Assembly (NCBI GenBank): GCA_030535355.1
Contig: JAUNIO010000007.1
Span: 15,742 to 79,741 of the forward strand
DNA from: a bacterium
Lineage (GTDB): Bacteria > Vulcanimicrobiota > Xenobia > Xenobiales > Xenobiaceae
Direction: 5' to 3'
Length of the DNA: 64,000 bases
The position numbers and the translations under genes are program-made. The notes beneath the pieces are model-generated. The model made no database searches. It was given only the letters and a program-made list of their open reading frames with translations, and was not told the DNA's origin. Positions 46,488 to 57,405 of the stretch are shown here, one piece after another. The first letter of the stretch is position 1, and each line of letters starts with the position of its first letter.

Positions 46488-47792
46488 CTAATCTATCTTC
46501 TTAGCGTTAACCGAAGATAAAGCCGTGGTTGCAGAAGCCCGATCGCGGCCCTGGGCCACCTGGACATTCTCGAACATCCAATCGGCTAATTTCTGGTTGT
46601 CTTTATCGGGATCGATAGTCTCAAAGGTAACGGTATATTCGCCTTCCGGCAGAGCTATTTCCGCGATTTCCCCGACGTTGTAGGACATGTCCAGCGCAGC
46701 TGCGGGAGGCTTATCCTCTTCGCCCTTTTTATAAAACTTGAGATTGGATAAAGCGTTGTGGGCAGCGTTCTTGATGGTGATCAGCCCCCAAGTGCGGCGG
46801 TCAGGAGCGCCACATGTTCTGATTGTACGGCGTAATAGCGCAGGTCACGGCGTAATAGTCCCCGGCTTTGCCGCTGTTGCAGGACTGCATATAGAGGGGA
46901 TAGACCTTGAAATTAACGTCGACGGAACTCGAAGCATTAATCTTATGCTCTTCCTGCAAAGTATAGCATTTGTCACAGGCCTCATTCAGAGAAAAGGGGA
47001 AGTTGGCGGTGAAGCTAACTCCATCATTGTCGATATCGGTTACCAGGCTGTCGTAGTCATAACCGTCTTTGTCCTGCGAAAAAGAATGGTCTTCTCTAAG
47101 CAGCTTTTCGCTCGCTACCCGATTCAGCCAGCGCACCAGAGGAGTTACGCGCCCATGACAATACTCTGCCGTATCGTCTTGGCTAGAGCTATCAGAGCTG
47201 CCCCAGCTGCCAGAACTATCAGAGCTATTTTGACTGTTTTGACTACTTTGGCTATTTTGCGGCCAATCACCGCCGCAGGCGCTCTGACCATAGACTGTAT
47301 ACTGCTTATTAAGATTGCAGGCCGCATAAAACAGCACATCGGTGCCAGGCAGCTTAGAGGGAACGCTGATGGCGGACTGATTTAACTGGGAAAGCTCTAG
47401 GGACGCTTCCGGCTTAACTACGACTATCACTGCGCCGCGATCCCAGCTTTTTTGCAGATCGCGGCATTGCTCGCGTACTCGTCTGGGGCGCAGAAGATTA
47501 TGTCAGCTTCAGCGGCGGCGGCCCGATTAGGGAAACGCTGGCGGAGAACGTCCTGCATCATATCGGAAATAGCAGATATATCCCCAAAATGCACGGTGCT
47601 CTCGCACACTTCCTTAGAGTCAAGTTCCACGCTGTCATCAATAACGGCCGGTCCGTAAGCGGGAACAGCGTCCGCGGCACTCCCACTTTTATTTCTGTCA
47701 CTATCACCACAAGCGGTGATGCCGGCTGACAAAGCCGCTGCTAAAGAAAAAACAGCTGCTATCTTGGCAGTATGGCGAATCAGCAGTTTCAT
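46488..47792 (-). pseudogene. decayed lipoprotein paralog B (frameshift plus ~700-bp internal deletion)
   Basis: Three ORF fragments (47427-47801, 46801-47430, 46488-46688) align colinearly with paralogs A and C. The frame breaks at about 47430. The segment between QNMW and DRRTWG is missing. Confidence 0.8.
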
Positions 47793-47937
47793 AATCGTCA
47801 CCTCCGATTCCTTAAGTATTACTGCAATGACGTGCAGCCGGGTAATGCTCTGAGTTAGGCAATGCTAGTCAACTAATCACCAAACATACAATATTAAATG
47901 ATTATTCAATTATTTAACAAGATTATCAATTAATTAA

Positions 47938-48240
47938 TCATCTGATTAAGGACACTAAACTGCAAATAATAATCAAAAACGTGATCTCATAGACCATGCC
48001 CAGGGAAAGCACAGAGGTGCCTCCATAAAAGGCCGAGCACTTGCCCGGCTCCTGCGCATCGCTGATCGCGCTGCCCTTGACTGCAGCAGGCGCACTGACA
48101 GCAGCGGGACTGCAGGAAGCTACCGCCATGATCTCCTGGCTTTCAGGGCACGGGATAAGGCCAGCAGATAAAGCAGTGGCCCAGGAATAAACAGCTGCCA
48201 TGTGGGCGATATTTAGGCTCGGATTCTTCATAATCTCCAC
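47938..48240 (-). pseudogene. short remnant of a lipoprotein-family gene (signal-peptide-like N-terminus only)
   Basis: The N-terminus MKNPSLNIAHMAAVYSWATALSAGLIPC resembles the family's signal peptide and lipobox. The family's conserved upstream region lies at 48300-48660. Confidence 0.35.
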
Positions 48241-48760
48241 CCCACTTTCCGAGAGAATTAATGTTTCTCTTTAATTTTTTATCGTTAATGATTTAGGGAG
48301 GACATAAATCATAGATTTGCCAGCCAGCAAATCAGCATCTCTGCTGGCATTCATCTGAGAATTGTAAGATTAGTCAAATAGTTAATTAATAGTCAATTAG
48401 CGATTTTTCAATTAAGATATTGTTCTAAATTAACAGCGTTACAGCAAAATAAAATGCTGTTAAATATATTGATATTGATAAGTTGTATTTATATATACGC
48501 AAATAAGATCAATCGCTAATTTGCATATTGTCGATTACTGACATACAATACACCTTATTCTACAATCAGTCAAGACTGTTAAATGCGATTCACCTGAATA
48601 GACATCTATACTTTTCTAAATATAAACTGAAAATATAATTCTTTATTTGCAATACTGATTATTTAGTCAATATAACAACGTTTAATAATATTGACTAAAT
48701 AAATAATCACATACGGCGCTGCTTCGCTGCGCTCAGACGCTGCGCTTGGCAAAACGGAAC

Positions 48761-50719
48761 CTACTCTATTATCTTGGCATTGACCGAGGAAAGAGCGGTG
48801 GTAGCAGCAGCCTTGTTCCGGCCCTGTTTCACCTTGACATTTTCGAACATCCAGTCGGCCAATTTCTGATTGTATTTATCGGGATCGATAGTCTCGAAAG
48901 TGACCGTGTATTCGCCTTCGGGGAGGGCAATCTCGGCGATTTCCCCGATGTTGTAGGACATATCCAGCCGGGCCGCGGGTTCCTTGTCTTCTTCGCCTTT
49001 CCTGAAGAACTTAATGTTCGACAAAGCGTTGTTGGCGGCATTTTTAATGGTGATCATACCCCAGGTGCGGCGGTCGGGGGCGGGCATATCCCAGGTGTGG
49101 TTTTTCACCCAGATAGGAGTGAAGGTCTTAACCCCGCCGGCCTTGTCCGAAGCGGTGGGACAATACATCCAGCTGTAATTCGAATACTGTAAAAGCCCGT
49201 CAAAACTGAGCGTAAATGAAGTATCGCTGTTGTCGTCCACTCCGGCGGTCCCTCTGGGCACGAACCAGATCCAGGACTGGCGCACGGTCCACTGGGTGCG
49301 GCAGTTCTTGGGCCAGTATCTGTCCCAATCATCGCTCTTGGAAGGGTGGACATTTTTGGAATCGTAGTCGTAATGCGGCTGATTGGTGGAACTATCCAAG
49401 GTATAGTCGATATCGTCCATGGAGTAGTTGGTGCTGCTGTTCACTGTATGGCTAAAAGAAGCGGTCACGCTTCCCGCAGGATTACCGGAGGCAAATCCTC
49501 CGGAGACGGAACCGGAAATAGTATCGCTGGTGCCGTTGCTGTAACTGCGGGAATTGATAGCGTTTTCCGGCACGGGCGTCCGATAGTATTTGACACCTGA
49601 GACAGGAACGCCGTTTTTGTCGAGCAGGCGAATGGTAGTGGCCATGTGCTTAAACCAATAGCCGACCATATAGACTTCGGAGACAATCCCGGTCGAACAG
49701 TGCCAAGTGCGCCACATATTCTGATTATACGGCGTGATGGCACAGGTTACAGCGTAATAGTCACCCGCTTTGTCGCCGTTGCAGGACTGCATGTAGAGCG
49801 GGTACACCTTGAAGTTGACGTCAAAGGAGCTGGCAGCGGAGATGGTATGTTCACACTGGCGAGTGTAGCATTTTTCGCAAGGCTCACACAGAGAGAACGG
49901 AAAATTGGCTGAAAGGTTTTTTCCCTCATTATCGATGTTGGTCACCATGCTGTCGTAATCGTAACCGCTGCTGTCCGCGGAAGCGGAGTTCAGCGCCTTC
50001 AGGCTTAAGCCGCTGTCCGGCTGTTTGTTTTCGAGATTTTTATTCAGCCAATGCACGAGCGGGGTCACGCGGCCGCCGCAGTAAGCGTTGGCTTCTTCCA
50101 CGTCATAGCTGCCCGCAGCCAGGTCGTCTTCCACACCGTGCTCACCGTAAACAGAATATTCCTGATTATTATTGCGGGAAGCGTGAAACAGCAGATCGCC
50201 GCCGGGCAGTTCATCAGATACGCCGAAGCTCTTGCTACTGGCTTTGCGCTCGTCTTTGCCGTATTCAGGTTTAACGATAACTATGCACGCCCCGCGTTCC
50301 CGGCACTCCCGCAGCTCAGCGCTGCGGCATAACTCATCCTGCGTGCAGAAGAGTACTTCGGCTTCAGCCGCTTTGGTTTGCTTGGGGAAACGCTCGCGCA
50401 AAGCCGCCTGCATATCGGCGGACAGAGAAGATATGTCTCCGAAATATACTGACGCCTCACAGTCTTCCAGCGGATCCAGTTCCACGCTGTCGTCGATAAC
50501 GGCGGGACCGTCAGCGGCAGAATCGCCGTCAGGTCCACTGACAGAACGTTCCTGCCCGCTGACGGCAGGAACAGAAACCTCGGCGGCCTCTCTTTTGCCG
50601 GTGCCGCTGACCGAGCATTCCGGCCCGCTGTCATCACAGGCGGTTATGCCGGCCGATAAAACCGCAGCCAGAGAGAAGACGGCTACCGCCATACCAGTAT
50701 TGCGAATCAGTTGCTTCAT
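48761..50719 (-). CDS. lipoprotein, paralog C
   Basis: I moved the start to MKQLIRNTG at 50719. The lipobox is LSAGITAC. It is colinear with paralog A, including the C-terminal MSYNxxEIAEIALPEGEYTVTFETIDPDK domain. Confidence 0.8.
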   Translation of the reverse strand: MKQLIRNTGMAVAVFSLAAVLSAGITACDDSGPECSVSGTGKREAAEVSVPAVSGQERSVSGPDGDSAADGPAVIDDSVELDPLEDCEASVYFGDISSLSADMQAALRERFPKQTKAAEAEVLFCTQDELCRSAELRECRERGACIVIVKPEYGKDERKASSKSFGVSDELPGGDLLFHASRNNNQEYSVYGEHGVEDDLAAGSYDVEEANAYCGGRVTPLVHWLNKNLENKQPDSGLSLKALNSASADSSGYDYDSMVTNIDNEGKNLSANFPFSLCEPCEKCYTRQCEHTISAASSFDVNFKVYPLYMQSCNGDKAGDYYAVTCAITPYNQNMWRTWHCSTGIVSEVYMVGYWFKHMATTIRLLDKNGVPVSGVKYYRTPVPENAINSRSYSNGTSDTISGSVSGGFASGNPAGSVTASFSHTVNSSTNYSMDDIDYTLDSSTNQPHYDYDSKNVHPSKSDDWDRYWPKNCRTQWTVRQSWIWFVPRGTAGVDDNSDTSFTLSFDGLLQYSNYSWMYCPTASDKAGGVKTFTPIWVKNHTWDMPAPDRRTWGMITIKNAANNALSNIKFFRKGEEDKEPAARLDMSYNIGEIAEIALPEGEYTVTFETIDPDKYNQKLADWMFENVKVKQGRNKAAATTALSSVNAKIIE

Positions 50720-50837
50720 AATCTTCACCCCGCTTCCCCACGGAATTATTGACAATTCTTGATTATATATTCAGTCAGCAAAATAGACTATCAAGAACAT
50801 CATTATTTTAACTTTAGTATTTAATTAACAGATTAAT

Positions 50838-50886
50838 CAATGTCATTTAGTTAAGGCTCGATGACATTGGAAATGTTGACTCATAG
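50838..50886 (+). mobile_element. 5' fragment of the MITE family
   Basis: TCAATGTCATTTAGTTAAGGCTCGATGACATTGGAAATGTTGACTCATA matches the first ~50 nt of the element. Confidence 0.55.
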
Positions 50887-51307
50887 TGCAGCGGAATATC
50901 GTCAGGAATCAGTTTTTCCTCACTCACTGGAGCCATCCCGGCGGCGGACACGCTGCAGCGCCATTGGCCGCCGTTATATTTTAGGGAAGACATAAGCGAT
51001 CATTTGCAGGCCGACAGCTGAGATTTTTCATGCTGCCTGTCATGCGGGAACTACAGTATTAAGCAAACAGTTAATCAGCTAGTCTGCAATCGAAAAGATA
51101 TTGCACTAAATAAACGACATTACATTAAAAACAAATGCCGTAATCTATACATCATTATATGCAAATATATCCTAGCGCAAGTTTGCATATTGTCCGATAC
51201 GGGCATACGATACACTATAATGAGCAATCAGTCAATAAAGATAAACGCGATTCACCTGAAAAGAAATCCATACTTTTTTAAATATAAACTGCCAAGATGT
51301 CGGCAAA

Positions 51308-53317
51308 TCATTCTATAGTCAAATACGTATATTTTCCTAAACCGCGCTCAAAATTGTTAAGCAGATGCTGCGACTTATCGAGATCGATAGTCCCGTGCAG
51401 CAAAGCGGTTTCGCACTGCTGGCGCAAATTCTCAAAAAGGCTTTCCGCGTCGTACTGCACATCTCCCAAGACCTCACCTACGGTTTCTCCACGCACGATA
51501 TGTTTGACCGAATAGCCCATGGGATTGATCTCGATGTAAGCGGCGTTGGTTTCGCCAAATAAATTATGCAGGTTGCCCATAATCTCCTGATAAGCGCCGC
51601 ACAAAAACATGCCCAGGCAATATGGCTGATGCTCCCCGCGCCCAACCGGCCCCTCCGCAGCTGAAGAGGCGTTGGGCACTAAGCTATGCACTTCCAAAAG
51701 GCTGCTGGTATCTTCTTTCTGAGCTATAAAGCGATCGATTTTTCCGTCCGAATCGCAGGTTAAATCGGCCAAAGTGGCCCGCACCGTGGGTTCTTCATCT
51801 AGGCGGTGAATAGGCATGATGGGGAAAAGCTGATCGATGGCCCAATGGTCAGGGGCGGAACGGAACACCGAAAGGTTGATATAGTAGATCGACGCAAACA
51901 TGCTCTCCAGCTCCCCTATATCTTCGGGCACATCCGGCAAATGCCCGGCGATCTCCTGAATGCGCTGGCAGGAGGCCCAATACAGACAGTCAGCCTGGGC
52001 CCGCTGCTCTAAGGTCAGCAAACCGTACTGAAATGCTTCGCTGGCCTCTTTCTTGTAGTGCACGGCATCATGGAAAGCTTCCTGATAATTGTCCTCGCCG
52101 ATTTCGGAATAAATCTCGTACAAAACGCGCAGCGCATGAGGGGCGTCTGCGGCGGGAGGCTCAATATGGCCGAAACTGATTTTTCCTTCGCCCAAGACAT
52201 CGAAGAGCAGAACCGCCTGATGACTGGATAAGGCCCTCCCGCTTTCGCTGATAATAGTGGGAACATCGATTTTAGCCAAGGCGCAGCAGTCATTAATTTC
52301 AGCGACCACGTCGTTGGCGTAATTCTGCGTGTTGTAATTCTTGGAAGCGTAAAAATCGCTGCGCGAGCCGTCGTAATCGACGGCCAAGCCCCCGCCGACG
52401 TCCAAATATCCCATAGGAGCGCCCATCTTCACCAAATTGACGTAAATACAGCCCGCTTCTTTTAGGGCATTTTTGATATTGGCAATCGAAGAGATCTGCG
52501 AACCCATGTGAAAATGCAGCAGCTTAAGGCTGTCCAGCATACCGTGCGAGCGCAGAATCTCCACAGCCGCATGAACGTCGATGATGGAAAGGCCAAATTT
52601 AGCCCGCGTGCCGACTGTGCCGCCCCAGTGCCCTTTGCTGAGCGCGGACAGTTTGACGCGCAAACCGAATACGGGCTTAATCCCCAGCCGCTTGGCGACT
52701 TTAACGGCTAAGATTACTTCGTCGAGCTGTTCCAAGACAATAACGACCTGCTTGCCCAAACGGCTGCCCAGCATCGCCGTTTCCATATAGGCTTTATCTT
52801 TATAGCCATTGCAGATCAGCAGAGCCCCGGGAGTGTCCAGACAGGACAGAGCTATCAGCAGCTCGGGCTTAGAACCCGCTTCCAAACCAAAGTGAAGATC
52901 GCGCCCATATTCCACCACGCTTTTTACAAAATGGCGCTGGTTATTGCATTTGACGGGAAATACCCCGCGGTACGCGCCTTTATAGCCATACTTGGCGATA
53001 GCCCGGGAAAAAGCTGAATGCAGGCGCTCCATGCGGTCGTGCAGGATGTCGGAAAAATGCACGACTAAGGGCAGTTCTAAATTGCGCTTGCGCAGCGACT
53101 GCAGCAATTCATACAGGTCTATAGAGGACCCATTGTCCCCGCGGGGAGATACCATAACGTGCCCCTGGGCATTGATGGAAAAATAGGGATGACCCCACTG
53201 GCTGACGCGGTAGAGTTCCGCGCTTTTATCGATATTCCACACCTGCCTGGCTTCTGTTCCCTGATTATTCTCCTGAATGTTCTGAGTATTCTCGTGCAGT
53301 TGTTCCGAAACGTCCAT
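51308..53317 (-). CDS. speA: biosynthetic arginine decarboxylase
   Basis: 669 aa. Has the VFPVKCN motif containing the PLP-binding lysine, LDVGGGLAVDYDG, and the SpeA-type N-terminus (YFSINAQGHV). Confidence 0.9.
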   Translation of the reverse strand: MDVSEQLHENTQNIQENNQGTEARQVWNIDKSAELYRVSQWGHPYFSINAQGHVMVSPRGDNGSSIDLYELLQSLRKRNLELPLVVHFSDILHDRMERLHSAFSRAIAKYGYKGAYRGVFPVKCNNQRHFVKSVVEYGRDLHFGLEAGSKPELLIALSCLDTPGALLICNGYKDKAYMETAMLGSRLGKQVVIVLEQLDEVILAVKVAKRLGIKPVFGLRVKLSALSKGHWGGTVGTRAKFGLSIIDVHAAVEILRSHGMLDSLKLLHFHMGSQISSIANIKNALKEAGCIYVNLVKMGAPMGYLDVGGGLAVDYDGSRSDFYASKNYNTQNYANDVVAEINDCCALAKIDVPTIISESGRALSSHQAVLLFDVLGEGKISFGHIEPPAADAPHALRVLYEIYSEIGEDNYQEAFHDAVHYKKEASEAFQYGLLTLEQRAQADCLYWASCQRIQEIAGHLPDVPEDIGELESMFASIYYINLSVFRSAPDHWAIDQLFPIMPIHRLDEEPTVRATLADLTCDSDGKIDRFIAQKEDTSSLLEVHSLVPNASSAAEGPVGRGEHQPYCLGMFLCGAYQEIMGNLHNLFGETNAAYIEINPMGYSVKHIVRGETVGEVLGDVQYDAESLFENLRQQCETALLHGTIDLDKSQHLLNNFERGLGKYTYLTIE

Positions 53318-53706
53318 TTAACAATTCCTAATTCTAATAATGCTAAAGTTCAGTATCTTTTTACATAAGCGCCGTAAACCTTGCTTAAGGCTAATGCAGG
53401 CCAATTAATAATTTCACCCGCTTTTAAGAAAGCTAGGTGCTGAGCTATATGCTGTACGCGCAATAGGACTAAAAATATTCAGGCGCTGAAATCATGTTCG
53501 TGCCATGCGCTGCGACAGTTCAGCGTTTTTACAAAGCAAACATGAATCAAGCTGAAAACATGTGCGCGCCCGGCGCTGCGGCAGTTCTGGCAAGCGCAGC
53601 AATTGTGTAAAATGTCCTGCAGAAACGCTTAAGTGGACTTAAGTGGACGGTATTAAGTTAACGGTATTAGGAAAGGGGCTGCCTGCCCAAACGCGAAAAA
53701 AAAACT

Positions 53707-54969
53707 ATGGCTATTCAAGAACGTTTTTGTCGTTACGCTTCCATAGACACCCAGTCTAGCGAAGAATCATCAACTTATCCCTCAACCCTCACTCAAGTGG
53801 AATTCAACCGCCAGCTTAAAGCTGAACTTGAAGAGATGGGCTGCCAAGACATAGAGCTGGACCAGTACGGCATTCTCACTGCCACCATTCCCGCCAACCG
53901 GCCCGGAGTCCCGGTCATGGCCTGGTTAGCTCACGTCGATACCTCGCCCGAAACCAGCGGCCATGGAGTAAAACCCCAGGTTTATCCCAACTACCAAGGC
54001 CAGGATTTGCCTCTGCCGGGGCTAGGCAAAGTCCTGAGTCCCCAGGAATTCCCCGAATTAAAGGATTACCTCGGCCAGACCGTCATCACCTCCGACGGTT
54101 CCACCCTTTTGGGAACGGACTGCAAAGCCGGTTTAACCGCTATAGTCGAAGCTGCCGAACGGCTGATCCAAAACCCCTCCATTCCCCACGGAGAGATTCG
54201 CCTGGTCTTTTCCGTCGATGAAGAAGTCGGGGCTGGGACCAAGCACATGGGGCCGGACCGCCTTAAAGCCGATGTCGCTTACACTTTAGACGGCGGCGCG
54301 CACAGCATGGTGGACTGCGAAACTTTCTCGGCCAACCTGGCCACCGTCAAAATTACCGGCGTCAACACCCATCCCTCTTACGGCAAAGGACAGATGGTCA
54401 ACGCCATCCGCATCGGCTGCGATTTTATCTCCCGTCTGCCTCAAGTAAGTCTCTCGCCCGAAACCAGCGACAAGCGCCAGGGTTTCCTGCACCCCTACTC
54501 CATTGAAGGCGGTGTGGACAGCGTCATCATCAAAATTATTCTGCGCGATTTTGAGACTCCGGCCTTAGATGAGTACAAAGCGCTGCTGGAAAGCATCGCC
54601 GTAGCCTTGCGGGCTGAACATCCCAAAGCCGGCATTGAGATTGAGATAACCAGGCAGTACCGCAATATGCGCGACGGTTTGGTGAAGGAGCCGCGGGCTT
54701 TGCTGTACGCTCTGGAAGCTATGCGCCGCGTGGGCTGCACGCCCAAAAAGACCATCATCCGCGGAGGCACCGACGGTTCTGGCTTAACCGAAATGGGCCT
54801 GCCCACCCCCAACCTCTCCAGCGCCCAGCACAACATCCACTCTCCCTACGAGTGGACCACGGTCGAGGAGATGGAACTGACCACCCAGCTGCTGCTGGCT
54901 CTGACGGCGATCTGGGTGGAAGCCCCCGATGTGAGCACCATCGAAGATGTGCCTATCCATTTAGGTTAA
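53707..54969 (+). CDS. pepT: peptidase T (tripeptide aminopeptidase, M20B)
   Basis: N-terminus RFCRYASIDTQS, AHVDTSPE, DEEVG and GGTDGS are typical PepT motifs. Confidence 0.9.
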   Translation: MAIQERFCRYASIDTQSSEESSTYPSTLTQVEFNRQLKAELEEMGCQDIELDQYGILTATIPANRPGVPVMAWLAHVDTSPETSGHGVKPQVYPNYQGQDLPLPGLGKVLSPQEFPELKDYLGQTVITSDGSTLLGTDCKAGLTAIVEAAERLIQNPSIPHGEIRLVFSVDEEVGAGTKHMGPDRLKADVAYTLDGGAHSMVDCETFSANLATVKITGVNTHPSYGKGQMVNAIRIGCDFISRLPQVSLSPETSDKRQGFLHPYSIEGGVDSVIIKIILRDFETPALDEYKALLESIAVALRAEHPKAGIEIEITRQYRNMRDGLVKEPRALLYALEAMRRVGCTPKKTIIRGGTDGSGLTEMGLPTPNLSSAQHNIHSPYEWTTVEEMELTTQLLLALTAIWVEAPDVSTIEDVPIHLG

Positions 54970-55102
54970 ATTATTAAGCTAAGTGGATAATTAAAAAAAA
55001 TATATAGCCTAAAATTAGAACAAGGCTAAGAATGCACTGGAAAATCGCATAACGCCAATTTAACGGCGTGGGCGCTTCTGTTAGGTTATCATAATATAGC
55101 TC

Positions 55103-55138
55103 AAAAAGGGCCGGGAAGAAAAAATCCCGGCCCTTTCT
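55103..55138. terminator. bidirectional terminator between pepT and the first AIM24 gene
   Basis: AGGGCCGGGA-AGAAAAAA-TCCCGGCCCT is a 10-bp stem flanked by A and T tracts. Confidence 0.65.
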
Positions 55139-55155
55139 CTTTTCTCGCTCAGCAA

Positions 55156-56001
55156 TTATCTTTCACTGTAAGGCAGCAAATTGGCGCTAGGATCAGATTT
55201 TTCAATCAGAGCCAGCAATATTTTGCCGGTGCCGCGGTACACGTTAATATATCCCTCACCGGAAGCCCCGGACGCGACCGCATCTTTGACCATGCCCTTC
55301 AGGTCGAAAAAGCCTTTTTTTTGACCCATTTTTGTTGCCAATTCTGTAGAGAACTGCAAAGAGGCCGACCAGGCCACAGCCATATTGCCGTCGATGCACA
55401 TCACATCATTATCCAGCTCGATCTCGGCTAAATGAGCGTAAGGCACAGGGCTTTCGACAATAACTACCCCTTTGCCGTCTAAGACCATATTGAACACGCC
55501 TTCGCCGCCAGCGACCGCAGTGCGCAGGCTCTTATTCATGCGCACGCTAATAGACACACTGTCTTCGCAGCCCAAATACGCCCCGTCGTCGAGGACAATG
55601 CCGCCCCATTCCTCCACGCGCAGCGGGAAGAGATACTTCAGAGTCGGTTCCAGCATGAGCAGACCCGTTCCGCTATAGACGGGTTTAATCGCCGATTCGC
55701 CGGTGCTCATGCCCGAGAAAGCCTTGCCCACGAGATCGCCTACCCCCTTAACGCCAGTCTGCAAAGCGACCTGGCCTACGGTCCACTGCATAGCCCCAGC
55801 AGAGACCTTAAACGAGGAATTATCTAAAGTAATCAAAGCCTGGCGGTTGCGCACATTCATCTTGCTCAGGCGGTAATTTAGCCCCACATCGTATAAATTG
55901 GCAGTGCTCATATTGCGCTGATGCTCCAGGATGCGCACCGGTCCCATTTCATAAGTGATTTTAATATTGGGATTATCCAGCAAATTGTTAATTTTGTACA
56001 T
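55156..56001 (-). CDS. AIM24 (DUF124/TIGR00266) family protein, paralog 1
   Basis: MYKINNLLDNPNIKITYEMGPVRILEH... matches the family pattern. Close paralog of the next two copies. Confidence 0.75.
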   Translation of the reverse strand: MYKINNLLDNPNIKITYEMGPVRILEHQRNMSTANLYDVGLNYRLSKMNVRNRQALITLDNSSFKVSAGAMQWTVGQVALQTGVKGVGDLVGKAFSGMSTGESAIKPVYSGTGLLMLEPTLKYLFPLRVEEWGGIVLDDGAYLGCEDSVSISVRMNKSLRTAVAGGEGVFNMVLDGKGVVIVESPVPYAHLAEIELDNDVMCIDGNMAVAWSASLQFSTELATKMGQKKGFFDLKGMVKDAVASGASGEGYINVYRGTGKILLALIEKSDPSANLLPYSER

Positions 56002-56065
56002 TAGATGTCCTTTACATAGCCAAACGTATAGACAAAAAAAACAAAAGCGCAGGCCGCAGCCGGGC

Positions 56066-56872
56066 TTACTCGACTAAGGCTACCAACACTTTGCCCGTGC
56101 CGCGGAAGGCGTTGACATAACCTTCACCGGTAGCCCCTGAGGCCACGGCATCTTTCATTTTGCCAAAAAATCCCTTGGATTCTTTGCTCTCGGGGTTATT
56201 GTTGTTTACCGCGAGTTCGGTAGTGTAGTTCAGAGAAGACGACCAGGCTACCGCCATATTGCCATCGACGCGCAGCTCGTCATCTTCGAGCACGACTTCC
56301 ATCAGATGCGCGTAGGGCACAGGGCTTTCCACGAGCAGCACGCCGCTGCCGCTGCAGCAGAGATTAAAGAAACCCTCTCCGGCTAAGCCGGTGCGCAAGC
56401 CAGCGTTTTTCTTAACGGTAAGGGATACGGAGGTTTCGCAGCCCATATAAGCCCCGTCGGTAAGGGTTATGCCTCCCCATTTTTCTACGCGCATCGGGAA
56501 TAAATGCTTCAAAGTCGGTTCCAGCATCAGCAATCCCGTCCCCGTATAAACGGGCTTGACTGCGCCTTCGCCCGTAACCATGCCCGAAAGGGCCTTGCCG
56601 AAATAATCGCCCACGCCTTTAACGTTAGAGGAGAGCTTCACATCGCCCAAAGTCCACTGCATAGCCCCGGCGGAAACCATAAACGAAGAATCTTCCAAAG
56701 TGATCAGAGCCTGGCGGTTGCGCACGTTCATCTGAGAATAACGATAGTTGGCGGGAACGTCGGCGAGATTGTCCATGCTCATGTTGCGGTAGTGCTCCAA
56801 AATGCGCACCGGCCCCATTTCATAGGTAACTTTTATATTCTCGTTGTTCAGCAGATTGTTAATTTTGTACAT
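56066..56872 (-). CDS. AIM24 family protein, paralog 2
   Basis: MYKINNLLNNENIKVTYEMGPVRILEH... is colinear with paralog 1. Confidence 0.75.
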   Translation of the reverse strand: MYKINNLLNNENIKVTYEMGPVRILEHYRNMSMDNLADVPANYRYSQMNVRNRQALITLEDSSFMVSAGAMQWTLGDVKLSSNVKGVGDYFGKALSGMVTGEGAVKPVYTGTGLLMLEPTLKHLFPMRVEKWGGITLTDGAYMGCETSVSLTVKKNAGLRTGLAGEGFFNLCCSGSGVLLVESPVPYAHLMEVVLEDDELRVDGNMAVAWSSSLNYTTELAVNNNNPESKESKGFFGKMKDAVASGATGEGYVNAFRGTGKVLVALVE

Positions 56873-56984
56873 AAAACCTCCGGCTACATTAGAAAGCAGC
56901 TATGTGTGTTGGTTTTTACATTTTATATGACATTTATTGTTAAGTCAATAGAAATAATTAACATTATATGCTAATATAGACAGC

Positions 56985-57332
56985 GTGGATATACTGAGAA
57001 ATAGACTCAAGCAGGCCAGAGAAGAAGGCGGGCACACTCAGGCTGAACTAGCTAAGGCCCTGGCGGTCAGCGTCCAGACGGTATGCAGATGGGAAACAGG
57101 CAGCGTCACTCCCAGGCTGCGGCAGATGCAGCGCATCTGCGGTTATACTGGGAAGCCTTTATACTGGTTCTTTGCGCCCGATTCTATTTTGGGCTGTTTA
57201 ACACAGGACGGAAGCAGCAAAAACTTAACAGCGGAAATAGCGGCCCAATGTCAGAGACTAAACTATGATGGGGTAAAACGGGTAAAACAATACGCCGAAG
57301 ATATGGCCTGTATCCCAAAATATTCAAGATAG
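56985..57332 (+). CDS. XRE-family helix-turn-helix regulator
   Basis: LKQAREEGGHTQAELAKALAVSVQTVCRWETG is a classic HTH_3 motif. Confidence 0.75.
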   Translation: MDILRNRLKQAREEGGHTQAELAKALAVSVQTVCRWETGSVTPRLRQMQRICGYTGKPLYWFFAPDSILGCLTQDGSSKNLTAEIAAQCQRLNYDGVKRVKQYAEDMACIPKYSR

Positions 57333-57343
57333 TTCAGATATGC

Positions 57344-57385
57344 GGACATGCTAAAGGCGGGGCTTTGCCCCGCCTTTAGCATGTC
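57344..57385. terminator. bidirectional terminator hairpin
   Basis: GGACATGCTAAAGGCGGGG-CTTT-GCCCCGCCTTTAGCATGTCC is a perfect ~19-bp stem between convergent genes. Confidence 0.7.
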
Positions 57386-57405
57386 CAAAATTAAACTAAT
57401 AATTA

